Source: a virus
Length of the DNA stretch: 64,000 nt
Virus record (IMG/VR): IMGVR_UViG_3300029787_005452
Coordinates: 1 to 64,000 of that record
Direction: 5' to 3' (one strand)
Every line of letters begins with the position of its first letter. Position 1 is the stretch's first letter. The translations under genes and the position numbers were made by a program. The notes under the pieces are model-generated. The model saw only the letters and a program-made list of their open reading frames with translations, ran no database searches and was not told the DNA's origin. Shown one piece after another: positions 18,761 through 28,835 of the stretch.

Positions 18761-19624
18761 ATGGACATAAAACAAATTTTATCTGAAGCTACTGGTGGAG
18801 CACTAAATGAAGAAGTGCTATCTGAAATTGAAAACGTTTTCGAGCAAAAAGTAAACGACAAGGTTGAGATCCATGTCGAATCAGCTCTTAACGATCAAGA
18901 TGAATTATATACAGAAAAGCTCAATGAGCTAGTAGTGAAAATTGATGAAGATCATTCTTCTAAATTAAAGAAAGTAGTTGGTGCAATTGATGCTGATAGA
19001 GCTAATAAATTAAAATTAGTTGTTGATAAGTATGAAACAGCTCTAGATAATGAAGCAGAAGGGTTTCAATCGCAATTAATTGAAAGCATTTCTGATTATT
19101 TAGATGTATATCTAGAAGAAAAAATACCAGTTGAAAGTGTTCAAGAAGCAGTAAAGAATACAAAAGCTAAGAAAATTTTAGAAGGTTTAAGAAGCCATCT
19201 AGCAGTTGATAGTGCTTTAGAGAAAGAAAGCATTAAAGAGGCCGTTATGGACGGTCATAATCAAATTAATGAAGCTTCTAAGAAGCTTGAGTCTGTTGCA
19301 GAAGAAAATGCAGTTTTAAAAGAAGAATTAGATACAGTTAAAGCTGGTCTAGTACTCGAACAAAAAACTGTTGGTCTTGATAAGAGAACAAAGCAATATA
19401 TAAACAAGGTATTAAAAGGTAAGAACGCTGAGTTCATTGCTGAAAACTTTGATTATACTTTGAAGCTTTTCAAGAAAAAAGAAAGTAGCAGACTCGAGAC
19501 TTTGAAAGAAGAGGCTTTAAGTACTAGAGAAGACGTCGATAGAGTAGTTTACGAAGACACAACACAAGAAATTGTTAGTGAAAGCGCAAGCTCACCATAT
19601 ATGGACGAGCTTTCTAAGTACTAA
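18761..19624 (+). CDS. gp22: Prohead core scaffold protein
   Basis: Acidic coiled coil, IFEQKV-type and ISDYLDVYLEE motifs, directly upstream of the capsid gene. Confidence 0.9.
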   Translation: MDIKQILSEATGGALNEEVLSEIENVFEQKVNDKVEIHVESALNDQDELYTEKLNELVVKIDEDHSSKLKKVVGAIDADRANKLKLVVDKYETALDNEAEGFQSQLIESISDYLDVYLEEKIPVESVQEAVKNTKAKKILEGLRSHLAVDSALEKESIKEAVMDGHNQINEASKKLESVAEENAVLKEELDTVKAGLVLEQKTVGLDKRTKQYINKVLKGKNAEFIAENFDYTLKLFKKKESSRLETLKEEALSTREDVDRVVYEDTTQEIVSESASSPYMDELSKY

Positions 19625-19698
19625 TTTCCTAAACTTTAGGTCTTCCTGAGTTTCCTGGTTTTTAAACCTTGGGGTCGAATATAAGGAAAAATACAATT

Positions 19699-21177
19699 AT
19701 GAATTCAATTAGACCTACACAGGCTTATATTGATGAATCAAGAGCCGCACAACTTATGGAAAAGTGGGCTCCTGTACTTGACTACACTTCAAAGAGCGTT
19801 GCTCCTATTGAAGATAGCCATACTCGTTTAAATACTGCTATGCTTTTGGAAAACCAAGAGTCATGGTGTTTGAATGAAGCAGGTCCTAACTACGCAGGAT
19901 CCAGCAACGTTGCTGGTAATGGTGGTGCACTTGGTGACGCATCCTCGATCGGTGCTGCAACAAATGTAACTGGTACTCCAGGTACAGACAGTTATGCTAC
20001 TAGCGACTTCCGTCTTCCAAAGATCTTGATTCCTATGATTCGTCGTACTTTTCCCGAGTTAATTACAAATGAAATCGTTGGTGTTCAACCAATGGCGGGT
20101 CCTGTTGGACTTGCATTTGCTCTTCGTTACCGTTACTCAGGTGAAACACTTGGTGATGGAATCGATGGCAAGGGTGGTTCAAGCGCAGCAGCTCTAAATC
20201 CAGGCACAGTTAATGATGCTAAGGATAAAGAAGCTGGCTACCAAGAACTAAGAACATCTTACACCGGTACATCTGCAGGTTATCTCTCTGGTAATACAGA
20301 GTTTGGTGCCTATAATGCAGCTGATAATGGTGTTGCTAAGTTACTTCAAAACTTTGAAATAACTGGTAACATTCCTACAATGGAAGTCTCTTTCGAGAAG
20401 ACTGCTGTTGAAGCTGGTACAAGACGCCTTGGTGCACGCTGGTCGGTTGAACTTGAACAAGATCTTAAGAACATGAATGGTATCGATATCGATACTGAAT
20501 TAACAAACGCTATGTCGTATGAAATTCAGGCCGAAATCGACCGTGAAATGCTTATGAGAATGATTCAAGTTGCTCTTAATGCAGGATCCGGAAACGGATT
20601 TTCTGTATGGAGCCCTGCTTCTGCAGACGGCCGCTGGTTAGTAGAACGTAATCGCGACTTCTATCAAAGACTGATCGTTGAAGCAAACAGAATCGCAGTG
20701 AGAAATCGCCGTGGTGCTGCTAACTTCATCGTAGCTACACCTCGTGTATGCGCTATTCTTGAAATGCTCCCTGAATTCCAGTGGGTACCTGTTCAAGGTA
20801 ATGTTAATACACAACCAGTTGGTGTTGCTAAGATTGGTAATCTTGGTGGTCGTTTCAACGTTTACAGAGACACACGTACTGAAGGGCAGACAATGGGTAA
20901 TGACCTTGCAGCTGCTTCTAGCACGTCTGTTGAGTATGCGTTACTTGGTTACAAGGGTCCAGAGTTTTATGACACTGGTATCATCTACTGTCCATACATT
21001 CCAGTCATGGTTCAGAGAACAATTGGTCCTAATGACTTCGCGCCACGTGTTGGCTTGCTAACACGTTATGGTGTCGTAGACAATATCTTCGGAGCAAATC
21101 TCTACTACCACGTTATCATTGTAACAGGACTCGGAGAAGCATTTACACCGGGTACAAATTCGGTATACTTTGCGTAA
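19699..21177 (+). CDS. gp23: Major capsid protein
   Basis: LIPMIRRTFP, VGVQPMAGPVGLAFALRY, EIQAEIDRE, YCPYIP and TRYG; SD AAGGA. Confidence 0.98.
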   Translation: MNSIRPTQAYIDESRAAQLMEKWAPVLDYTSKSVAPIEDSHTRLNTAMLLENQESWCLNEAGPNYAGSSNVAGNGGALGDASSIGAATNVTGTPGTDSYATSDFRLPKILIPMIRRTFPELITNEIVGVQPMAGPVGLAFALRYRYSGETLGDGIDGKGGSSAAALNPGTVNDAKDKEAGYQELRTSYTGTSAGYLSGNTEFGAYNAADNGVAKLLQNFEITGNIPTMEVSFEKTAVEAGTRRLGARWSVELEQDLKNMNGIDIDTELTNAMSYEIQAEIDREMLMRMIQVALNAGSGNGFSVWSPASADGRWLVERNRDFYQRLIVEANRIAVRNRRGAANFIVATPRVCAILEMLPEFQWVPVQGNVNTQPVGVAKIGNLGGRFNVYRDTRTEGQTMGNDLAAASSTSVEYALLGYKGPEFYDTGIIYCPYIPVMVQRTIGPNDFAPRVGLLTRYGVVDNIFGANLYYHVIIVTGLGEAFTPGTNSVYFA

Positions 21178-21207
21178 CGATTAATCTTGATATAAGATAC
21201 AAAACTT

Positions 21208-21240
21208 TGAGACCTGGTTCTATGAGCCAGGTCTCATTTT
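21208..21240 (+). terminator. Intrinsic terminator, probably bidirectional
   Basis: 13-bp stem TGAGACCTGGTTC/GAGCCAGGTCTCA followed by TTTT, between convergent operons. Confidence 0.85.
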
Positions 21241-21242
21241 AT

Positions 21243-21314
21243 CTATACCATTGATATATACCATGAATATAATATGATGCATATAATTGCACCCCATATC
21301 ATTATTACTTCCAT
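21243..21314 (-). CDS. 23-aa hydrophobic microprotein coupled to queF (not in the ORF track)
   Basis: MEVIMIWGAIICIILYSWYISMV*; TAATG overlap with the queF stop. Confidence 0.55.
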   Translation of the reverse strand: MEVIMIWGAIICIILYSWYISMV

Positions 21315-22243
21315 TATTGCTTAGAAGTTTTAATATGAACTGCTTCAGGATCAATTAGATTAGCAGCATACTTATCAATAAGGTCTTGACTTGAAGCCCT
21401 TACAGGGTTAATATCAATACCACCTCTACGAGCATATAAACACATTACTAATAGTTCAGAAGGATCGAAAGCATCTTTTAATCTTTTATAGAAACACTCA
21501 CATATTTCTTCATGAAAATGACACTCATCTCTATATGATACTACATAGTTTTTAATACTATGGGCATCAATAGCAGTCTTAGATTTAATATAGATAAATA
21601 CATCCCCCCAATCCGGTTGAGAAGTAACACGGCAATTACTCTTTAATAGACCAGAATAAAATTTCTGTTCTAAATCTCTTTTACGAGTAATACCTTCTAA
21701 TAAGCTAGGATCTTCAGTATATTGTGTATATATAAAATCTTTATGATCATCGAGTAAATCTACATTCAAATAATCATCAATTTCCCACTCCATATTAGGA
21801 CTATCATATTTCTTATTAACTCGATCACCATCTTGAAATTTAACTTGAACGTCTGTCTGTAATAATCTACTTAAGTCTCTACTCGAGGTTTCTTCAAATG
21901 AACGAATAGCTACATCTCTTTTAGCAGCCATTTTAGTCATATTAAAGGAATTAAAGTATAACTTAATACTTTTACTCTCAACAATATACTTACTACTACA
22001 AGAGTATACGCACTTTACAACACCAGTTACCGGGCGACCATTATCTAAAAGGAATGAACATTCATATGCATTCCATGTATCAGAACCTACAAAGGGTAAA
22101 TCATCATCAAATATATTTAAATATACTCGATTATTACTACGAGGTTCTCTTACAAGCAATCCTGAATCATACGTACTCTTATATTGAGACGTTTGACCTA
22201 AATGCTTACTAATTCTACTATTATCTAACTCTTTATTTGCCAT
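21314..22243 (-). CDS. queF: NADPH-dependent preQ0 reductase (bimodular QueF)
   Basis: DTWNAYE, VESKSIKLYFNSF, catalytic LKSNCRVTSQPDWG, FHEEICE and YARRGGIDINP. Confidence 0.93.
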   Translation of the reverse strand: MANKELDNSRISKHLGQTSQYKSTYDSGLLVREPRSNNRVYLNIFDDDLPFVGSDTWNAYECSFLLDNGRPVTGVVKCVYSCSSKYIVESKSIKLYFNSFNMTKMAAKRDVAIRSFEETSSRDLSRLLQTDVQVKFQDGDRVNKKYDSPNMEWEIDDYLNVDLLDDHKDFIYTQYTEDPSLLEGITRKRDLEQKFYSGLLKSNCRVTSQPDWGDVFIYIKSKTAIDAHSIKNYVVSYRDECHFHEEICECFYKRLKDAFDPSELLVMCLYARRGGIDINPVRASSQDLIDKYAANLIDPEAVHIKTSKQ

Positions 22244-22781
22244 AATTATCAAATGTATTATATATTGTTTCCATACGAGTATCCACATCTCCTTTTAATC
22301 TAACAACATTTATCTTATAATGATCTATTGCTTCTTCAAATAGATCTATCATTTTATTTCTAAATTCCTTATTTGTACTTCTTTCTCCATCTTCTACTAA
22401 CGGTATATCAGGTTCAGTATAAAATATAATATCATACTTCTTAATTAATTTCTCAAATAGATAACTAGCCTGCAATGTAATAGCCTCAGGTATTTTATTT
22501 GTATAGTATTGATAAGTTGAATACATAAACCCATCTAATATACATCTATCTAATATTACATTTTTATCCCTATAAACCAAATAATTATGTAAATGACTAT
22601 TCAATATAGCTAACTGCGTAAATTCATCACCATCTTCATTATGATTTAAATTATACTGCTTCATTAATCGTCTAGTAATTTGCGGAACAAAATCAAACTT
22701 ACGAAATCTATCATCTGTTCTCATTTTATCAAGCAAAGTAGACTTACCTGTACTTTGAGCTCCTGTAAAACTAATAATCAT
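22233..22781 (-). CDS. P-loop nucleotide kinase (AAA_28/NadR-like)
   Basis: FTGAQSTGKST, ILDRCILD and LVEDGER. Confidence 0.8.
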   Translation of the reverse strand: MIISFTGAQSTGKSTLLDKMRTDDRFRKFDFVPQITRRLMKQYNLNHNEDGDEFTQLAILNSHLHNYLVYRDKNVILDRCILDGFMYSTYQYYTNKIPEAITLQASYLFEKLIKKYDIIFYTEPDIPLVEDGERSTNKEFRNKMIDLFEEAIDHYKINVVRLKGDVDTRMETIYNTFDNYGK

Positions 22782-23562
22782 GTCCAATTATCTCCTTAAA
22801 ACTATTAACATTATATTGTATATTTTCCCATTCTGTATCACTAACTTCATGATCAATTAAATCAGCTAACATTATAGAAGGTTTTTCATTTAATCCTAGA
22901 TCACTAGTATATCTGAGTTCCTTAATACCAGCAACAACCGGGTTAGATGTATCAACCGATCTAATTGATCTATCACCTCCATATTCTTTAAATTCTTTAG
23001 CAAGAGAGCATCCAAGTAGATGGTGAGGTTTACTTTTATTCCAAACTCCATCTTGTTTAAGGTCATTTATTAACTTTTGTCTACCAGTACACCATCTTTC
23101 TAATTTAGTTTTACCTCTACCGGTAACTATATAATAACTGAAGTCGAAACTTATTGCAATATAATCAGCATTTTCTGACATATAAGTATAACAATCTACT
23201 ATTTCATCATACGTTTTACCTTGAACAGCCCCAATTTTTAAACCTGGTAAATCAGGATACTTACTAATAAAGTCGTGAAAACTTTTAATAGTAGCGTAAC
23301 CGTCTTCTAATATATCAGGTACAATATAATATGAAGGTTTTAGTTCTTTTGCATATTTAGCAAACTTTTCAGGGTTAAATGATTCCCCGAGTTCAAAAAT
23401 ACTATTATCGAGCAAAACTTCTCTACCCAACTTTACGCTATTTTTAAAAAAATTATAATATTCAGGATGCGTTTCAAATAAATGAACTAATGCATAATCA
23501 TAATTATTATATGTTCGTGATTTATCTAAAATAGATATAGGACTTTCATGAGATACAATCAT
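22771..23562 (-). CDS. TGT-like transglycosylase, probably DpdA family (DpdA3-like)
   Basis: TIM-barrel motifs LLDNSIFE, IVPD, GAVQG, HHLLG and RSVDTSNP; same operon as queF. Confidence 0.65.
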   Translation of the reverse strand: MIVSHESPISILDKSRTYNNYDYALVHLFETHPEYYNFFKNSVKLGREVLLDNSIFELGESFNPEKFAKYAKELKPSYYIVPDILEDGYATIKSFHDFISKYPDLPGLKIGAVQGKTYDEIVDCYTYMSENADYIAISFDFSYYIVTGRGKTKLERWCTGRQKLINDLKQDGVWNKSKPHHLLGCSLAKEFKEYGGDRSIRSVDTSNPVVAGIKELRYTSDLGLNEKPSIMLADLIDHEVSDTEWENIQYNVNSFKEIIGHDY

Positions 23563-23610
23563 ACTATAATTATACATACAAAATTGATAATATCAAGTAA
23601 ATAATTATAT

Positions 23611-24438
23611 ATGCCTTTAAAAATACCGAAAGCAGATAGTTTTACTGAAAAAATTAAAAACATTACCCCAGCTGGTTTAGATGGTAAGTCCGCAAAAGTA
23701 AAAACTGACTTTATTTCTGATACCGTTAATAGTATAACTTCAGAAATAAAAAATAAGGTATGCGGTTTAATTGATCTAGCTATAGATATACAAAGCGGCA
23801 TTTCAAAAATTGCTAATAGTATTGGTGATGTTAATTTAGAAAGTTTTATTAATACCGGGGTATCCGCAGTTAAAGATACATTAGAAGATGCTAAAAATTT
23901 AATAACAGATACAGCTGACACTTTAGCCGAAAACGCAAAAAATATATTATCTGAAATAGACGACCAAATACAAAATATAGATGATAATATTATAAAGGGA
24001 GTTGAGACTGCTAAATTAGCAGCTCAAGGTCTAGTAGATACTGCAGTAGATATTGCTAAATTTCCTAACAAATTAATAAGAGATATATCTCTTGACGGTG
24101 GTTTAAAAAGTGCTCTTTGTGATGAAGAAGTAAATAAAGCAAAAACTGATATGGTTAATTCAGCTAAAAAACAAGTTTCGCAGTTTAAAGTATCTACTGA
24201 TCAAAATGAAAAAATTAAATCAGCAGCTACAAATTTAGTAGACAATACTAAAATTTTAGAGACTGAACAATTGAGTGAGTTTGAAATAGAAAACAGCGAT
24301 TTAGGTACATTAAAAAATGCAGATGGAAAAATTATAGCTAGAACTGTTGAAATTAAAGGTGTAGATGAAGACGGATTTTCATTTACCGAAACAAAACAAA
24401 TAAAAGTTGACCCTAACACAGGTAAAGATATAACGTAA
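23611..24438 (+). CDS. Hypothetical helical late protein next to the baseplate hub gene
   Basis: 275 aa, amphipathic helices; TAAATA upstream. Confidence 0.65.
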   Translation: MPLKIPKADSFTEKIKNITPAGLDGKSAKVKTDFISDTVNSITSEIKNKVCGLIDLAIDIQSGISKIANSIGDVNLESFINTGVSAVKDTLEDAKNLITDTADTLAENAKNILSEIDDQIQNIDDNIIKGVETAKLAAQGLVDTAVDIAKFPNKLIRDISLDGGLKSALCDEEVNKAKTDMVNSAKKQVSQFKVSTDQNEKIKSAATNLVDNTKILETEQLSEFEIENSDLGTLKNADGKIIARTVEIKGVDEDGFSFTETKQIKVDPNTGKDIT

Positions 24439-24477
24439 CGTTGTAATGCATAGTAATTAATTTAAATATATAAAAAT

Positions 24478-26730
24478 ATGAAAGAATATAATAGCATTTA
24501 TTTTGGAATTGTAGTACAAAATAATGACCCAGAAAAAAGAGGAAGAGTTAAAGTTTTCGTACCTCATATAACATCTACTGTTTATAAAAAATGGGTTGAA
24601 GATAAAACAAATAAAAAATTTAATTTTCCGGGTGATAATATTGAATCAGACCTTACACCTATTTTAAACGATTTAAAACCTATATTACCTTGGGCTGATA
24701 TATCTGCCCCATTAACTAGTGAAAATGCTTCTGGTAGGTTTAATAATTTTAATTTAAAAGGAAATATATCAGATGCAAATTTTTATACTAATTTTGAAAA
24801 TGGCTCTGCAACAGCCCCGGGTGAGGTTTACGAAAAAAATATATTTCGATTAAATGATGCTTTTACCGGTAAAAATAAAGCTACTAATAATCCTAATCCA
24901 TATTCATATATGTATAAACCAAGTACATATTCAAATAAAGCAAAAGGCTCATTTGGTATACCTAATGTTGGTTCGCATGTATATGTTTTCTTTAGAGATG
25001 GAGATCCTCATTTTCCTACACTGATAGGGGTAAGTTATGGTAAATCAGATTGGAGCGGTATATATGACGATGCATTAGATTACCCTGGTAAGTTTGAAAA
25101 CTTTTCTCAATCTATAACTGAAGATGATGTTAATGTAAATAACTATAGAAACAAATACGTTTTAAATCAAAAAGGTGGTGTTTTTGAAATAGTAAATTCA
25201 GATTTAAATGAAAAAATAAAACTTACACATTATTCAGGTTCATTTAAAGAATTTAATAATCAAACTAATATTGAATTAGCTACGAAAAATGATCAAAAAT
25301 TAGTACTTAACGATCAATATAATACAGTTCAAGGAAATAAAAATGAATATACAGGTAAGACTTTAGATACTATAATAACTAGAGATAATTATAGGAAAGT
25401 GGGTAACCTAAATGAGGAATATTTTAATCAGTGGAAAGAAATAGCTGGCATAGTTCAAGATAATAAACAATTATTTGAAATAAAAAGAACTGGTATTAAC
25501 AATGTAAAAGACGCTAAAGGAAATACTATTATAAAAAGGAACAGTATTAAACAAACTAGGTCTGGTAAATTTGATACTTTTCCAGTAACAGATGGAAGAA
25601 CTAGTTATAAGGCTTTAGCTAATACTGATAATGCCCCAGGTACAGGATATAGTCAAATAACTCAATATGTAGCTGCAACAACTAACGCAGCAGTTGATGG
25701 CCCATCAGGTATGAATGATGCTAAAACCGCAGCAGGTGATACAACTACTGCTCCTAATGTTAGTAGATGGCCTGCTGAAAGTGGTAAAACATTTGTTAAT
25801 GGTTCTGGTAAAAGTTTATCAACCCAAGATGGTACTTGGGATGTAGAAGATAAAAAGGAAAAATTAAAAGATATTATAGATGTTAACTTAAAAAAATTAA
25901 CTGATATAGAATTAGAATTAGGATTAGGTGGTAGTGAAATTATAGAAATATCAAAACATAAATTAGAAACAATTGGTGTTTTAATGAATGATTTTGGAAG
26001 TATTAGATTAGATAAAATTGGTAAATTATTATCTAATGAAATTTTAGTAGATGATGACGGTGTATATGTTAATAAATCAGAAAGCCCAATGCTTGAATAC
26101 GTTCATGTACAGGACTTACCAGGTGGTAATTATACATTAAACGTTTGTAATAGATATAACGTTATGGTTGGGGCTGGCGGTTTAAGTATGAAATCATATG
26201 GACCGGTGAATATATCAGGAACTATTACCAACATTGCTGGTGAACAAATTAATCTTGGTTCCGATAATGAAATTAATATTGATGCAAATACTATTAATAT
26301 TAGTGCTGAAATTTTAAGATTAAGAAATAAAAGACAAAGACAAATCTTAATAGATAATAGTTTAGGTGTAAATAAAAATGTAATTATTGGTGGTGGGTTA
26401 CATGTTGAAGGTGAAACATTCTTGCAACACGTTACAGCCCCTAAGGAGTGGCAGAGAACAGAATTAACTCGACTATTCGGCAAATCAGTTGGTTCTCCTA
26501 AAATTGGTGAAGTTACTATTCCTGGCGGCTCTTCAGCTGGTACTTATGATGTAGTTGGAGATAATGCTGCTGAAAATAGTCTAATAATGTATGATCACTC
26601 TCATGCTTTTGTAAACTTACCTTTAACTCTAAAAGATACTAATGAAGAAGTAAGACAAGCTGCAAAAGAATTAAACTCTGGTAGTGATAGGAGTATTGCA
26701 GAAGCGCAACATAACGAGTATAAAGGTTAA
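24478..26730 (+). CDS. gp5: Baseplate hub/spike (T4 gp5/VgrG-like); no lysozyme domain seen
   Basis: YFGIVVQNNDPEKRGRVKV OB fold, IPNVGSHVYVFFRDGDP, H-x-SGS beta-helix repeats. Confidence 0.8.
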   Translation: MKEYNSIYFGIVVQNNDPEKRGRVKVFVPHITSTVYKKWVEDKTNKKFNFPGDNIESDLTPILNDLKPILPWADISAPLTSENASGRFNNFNLKGNISDANFYTNFENGSATAPGEVYEKNIFRLNDAFTGKNKATNNPNPYSYMYKPSTYSNKAKGSFGIPNVGSHVYVFFRDGDPHFPTLIGVSYGKSDWSGIYDDALDYPGKFENFSQSITEDDVNVNNYRNKYVLNQKGGVFEIVNSDLNEKIKLTHYSGSFKEFNNQTNIELATKNDQKLVLNDQYNTVQGNKNEYTGKTLDTIITRDNYRKVGNLNEEYFNQWKEIAGIVQDNKQLFEIKRTGINNVKDAKGNTIIKRNSIKQTRSGKFDTFPVTDGRTSYKALANTDNAPGTGYSQITQYVAATTNAAVDGPSGMNDAKTAAGDTTTAPNVSRWPAESGKTFVNGSGKSLSTQDGTWDVEDKKEKLKDIIDVNLKKLTDIELELGLGGSEIIEISKHKLETIGVLMNDFGSIRLDKIGKLLSNEILVDDDGVYVNKSESPMLEYVHVQDLPGGNYTLNVCNRYNVMVGAGGLSMKSYGPVNISGTITNIAGEQINLGSDNEINIDANTINISAEILRLRNKRQRQILIDNSLGVNKNVIIGGGLHVEGETFLQHVTAPKEWQRTELTRLFGKSVGSPKIGEVTIPGGSSAGTYDVVGDNAAENSLIMYDHSHAFVNLPLTLKDTNEEVRQAAKELNSGSDRSIAEAQHNEYKG

Positions 26731-26915
26731 GAGCACAACCTTTCCATCTTAGTATACCAAGCTTTTCTATGGTACCTACTCCATAAAAAAACCGCTTTAT
26801 GTTTTCCAATATCGCGGCCTAATTTCTCTGATTCTATCCATTTGAGTTTATCTATTTCTTGCTTTTCAAGCTTCAGAAATAAGTACATTTTGGAGTTCAT
26901 AAACTCAAAAGACAT
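26727..26915 (-). CDS. Small DUF4032-like protein of PVC type
   Basis: EIDKLKWIESEKLGRDIG...W...HRKAW; TAAATA-N5-ATG. Confidence 0.65.
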   Translation of the reverse strand: MSFEFMNSKMYLFLKLEKQEIDKLKWIESEKLGRDIGKHKAVFLWSRYHRKAWYTKMERLCS

Positions 26916-26923
26916 ATATATAT

Positions 26924-27181
26924 TTATTTTTTCCGATAGTAAAAAAATGTAATAATCATAATTAAACTGCATAGGGAACCAAATATATAATTAGTTATTA
27001 AAATAATATTAAAACCTATTTCTCCTAAGGTATACACTATAGCAGCTATATATCCAGTTAGTGAAAGCATAAAAAGAGTCACGCTAACATCATCTACTTT
27101 TTTAGTTTTTAAACTTTTAACTATTTGAGGGATATAACAAATAGCAAAACATAGAGTATAAAACCAACCTATTACATCCAT
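26924..27181 (-). CDS. PQ-loop/SemiSWEET-like membrane protein
   Basis: CYIPQIVKSLKTKKVDDVS motif and three TM helices. Confidence 0.82.
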   Translation of the reverse strand: MDVIGWFYTLCFAICYIPQIVKSLKTKKVDDVSVTLFMLSLTGYIAAIVYTLGEIGFNIILITNYIFGSLCSLIMIITFFYYRKK

Positions 27182-27192
27182 AATACTACTTA

Positions 27193-27723
27193 TTAATACC
27201 AAGCAGGTTTTTTAGTTCTAGTCCAAGTAGCAAATGGTTTATCTTTTCTAATATATTCTCTATATTTGTCAATAGTTGATAAATTATCAAACTCTTTATT
27301 TTTTCTACATTCGCAATTTTCTCCTATAGCTATAGCAAAAGGAGTTATACCTTCTTTAATTATAGTAGTATTATGTACGTTACTATAACACCATTCTATA
27401 AATGATAAAGTATGGTGAGTAGCACTACCAGGCCATCTAAAATTTCTTTCTTCAAACATTGCTAAAGTATGATCTACTAACCATAAAAAATTATCTTTAG
27501 TTTCTCTTGCCCATATACTACATTGATGATTAAAATAACCTTTACCACTTTTACGAGGTTTACCAAGTTTAGTTCTAGGACAGTCCTTATGATTTAATAC
27601 TTCTTGATCGAAAGCATGGGCTAACATTATAGCCCCTTCAATTTGCATTTTTGATCTTACATGCTGATCGCAAAGTTCAAAGGCAGCTATATCAGGATCA
27701 TTATTTGTACAAAAAATATTCAT
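27193..27723 (-). CDS. Pyrimidine-dimer DNA glycosylase/endonuclease V-like protein
   Basis: MNIF...LCDQHVRSKMQIE...HQCSIWARE...YREY...W. Confidence 0.85.
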   Translation of the reverse strand: MNIFCTNNDPDIAAFELCDQHVRSKMQIEGAIMLAHAFDQEVLNHKDCPRTKLGKPRKSGKGYFNHQCSIWARETKDNFLWLVDHTLAMFEERNFRWPGSATHHTLSFIEWCYSNVHNTTIIKEGITPFAIAIGENCECRKNKEFDNLSTIDKYREYIRKDKPFATWTRTKKPAWY

Positions 27724-27761
27724 TACTCTATTATATTATAGTTCCTAAATTAAATAATAAT

Positions 27762-28823
27762 ATGGCTTTAATTACAATTAATTGTTTATCAGATGCAGCA
27801 ACTTTAACAGGTGATGAAAGTTTCTTACTTTATCAAAAAAATCAAACTCTCAAAACTAGTATTTCAGGTTTAAAAAATGTTACCAATTGTTTTGAAGGTT
27901 TTAATAATAGCGCAGTTTGTGACCCTTCTCCTACCGGTAGTGGTAGATCTGGTATTATAGGAGGTACGGGTGGAAGTTTATCAGGTTGTAATAGTGGTAT
28001 ATTATTTGGTAATTGTAATACTATTTTCAATAGCGGTGCATGTTTTCCTTTAAACAGTGCTATTTTAGGAGGTTATGGAAATAAAATATGTGATGATGTA
28101 GGTGGGGGCGCTATTATAGCAAGTCAATGTGCTGTATTAGCTGATACCGGTGGGTCAGGTAATCCATCATTTAATGCTATTATATCTTCAGCAAATTCGG
28201 CAATTTCAGGAGGTTTGAATGCATTTAATTTTATAGCTGGAGGTAAAGTTAATATTATTTCATGCGAATCTAGTGGTTATTATACTACAAATAGTTCAAT
28301 AATTGGGGGGAACAATAATAGAATATATGGTCAATCTAATGTTATTATTGGAGGTTCTTATAGTAAAGCTGGTTCATTAGCCAAAACTCAAAATAATAGA
28401 TTATGTGGTCAATATGCAGTCGTTATTGGTGGGGGAAAATTTGCTGATTTATTTTCAGGTGGAGGTAACGAAGCTGTAGCTGGTTTTACTAGTGTAATTA
28501 ATGGTACAAATAATTTAGCTTGTGCTGCGGGTGGAACTATTATAGGAGGCTGTAGTAATACTGTACAACAACATAGTGCTAGTTGTTTTCTAAATTTAGA
28601 ATCTGGAGGGACTATATTAGGCGGGGCTAATAATACTATATTAACAGGTCATGAAAATAGTAGTATTATAGGTGGCACTAGTATGTCAACGGTATCATCA
28701 AATATGTTACACACTAATACATTATTTTTAAGTGCAGATATATTACCTACTTCTAATCCTAATATTAAAGGTGTTGTATGGAATGATTCAGGTACTTTAA
28801 AAATTAGTCTTTCAACCCTATAA
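27762..28823 (+). CDS. Gly-rich beta-repeat fibre-like virion protein
   Basis: Many IIGG-x-x-N repeats; C-terminal LPTSNP...VWNDSGTLKIS. Confidence 0.7.
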   Translation: MALITINCLSDAATLTGDESFLLYQKNQTLKTSISGLKNVTNCFEGFNNSAVCDPSPTGSGRSGIIGGTGGSLSGCNSGILFGNCNTIFNSGACFPLNSAILGGYGNKICDDVGGGAIIASQCAVLADTGGSGNPSFNAIISSANSAISGGLNAFNFIAGGKVNIISCESSGYYTTNSSIIGGNNNRIYGQSNVIIGGSYSKAGSLAKTQNNRLCGQYAVVIGGGKFADLFSGGGNEAVAGFTSVINGTNNLACAAGGTIIGGCSNTVQQHSASCFLNLESGGTILGGANNTILTGHENSSIIGGTSMSTVSSNMLHTNTLFLSADILPTSNPNIKGVVWNDSGTLKISLSTL

Positions 28824-28835
28824 TATAAGTCTAAA

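Noticed and set aside
20744-21061. 105-aa same-strand ORF overlapping gp23
   Set aside because: Off-frame shadow of a strongly codon-biased gene, with no RBS or motif.
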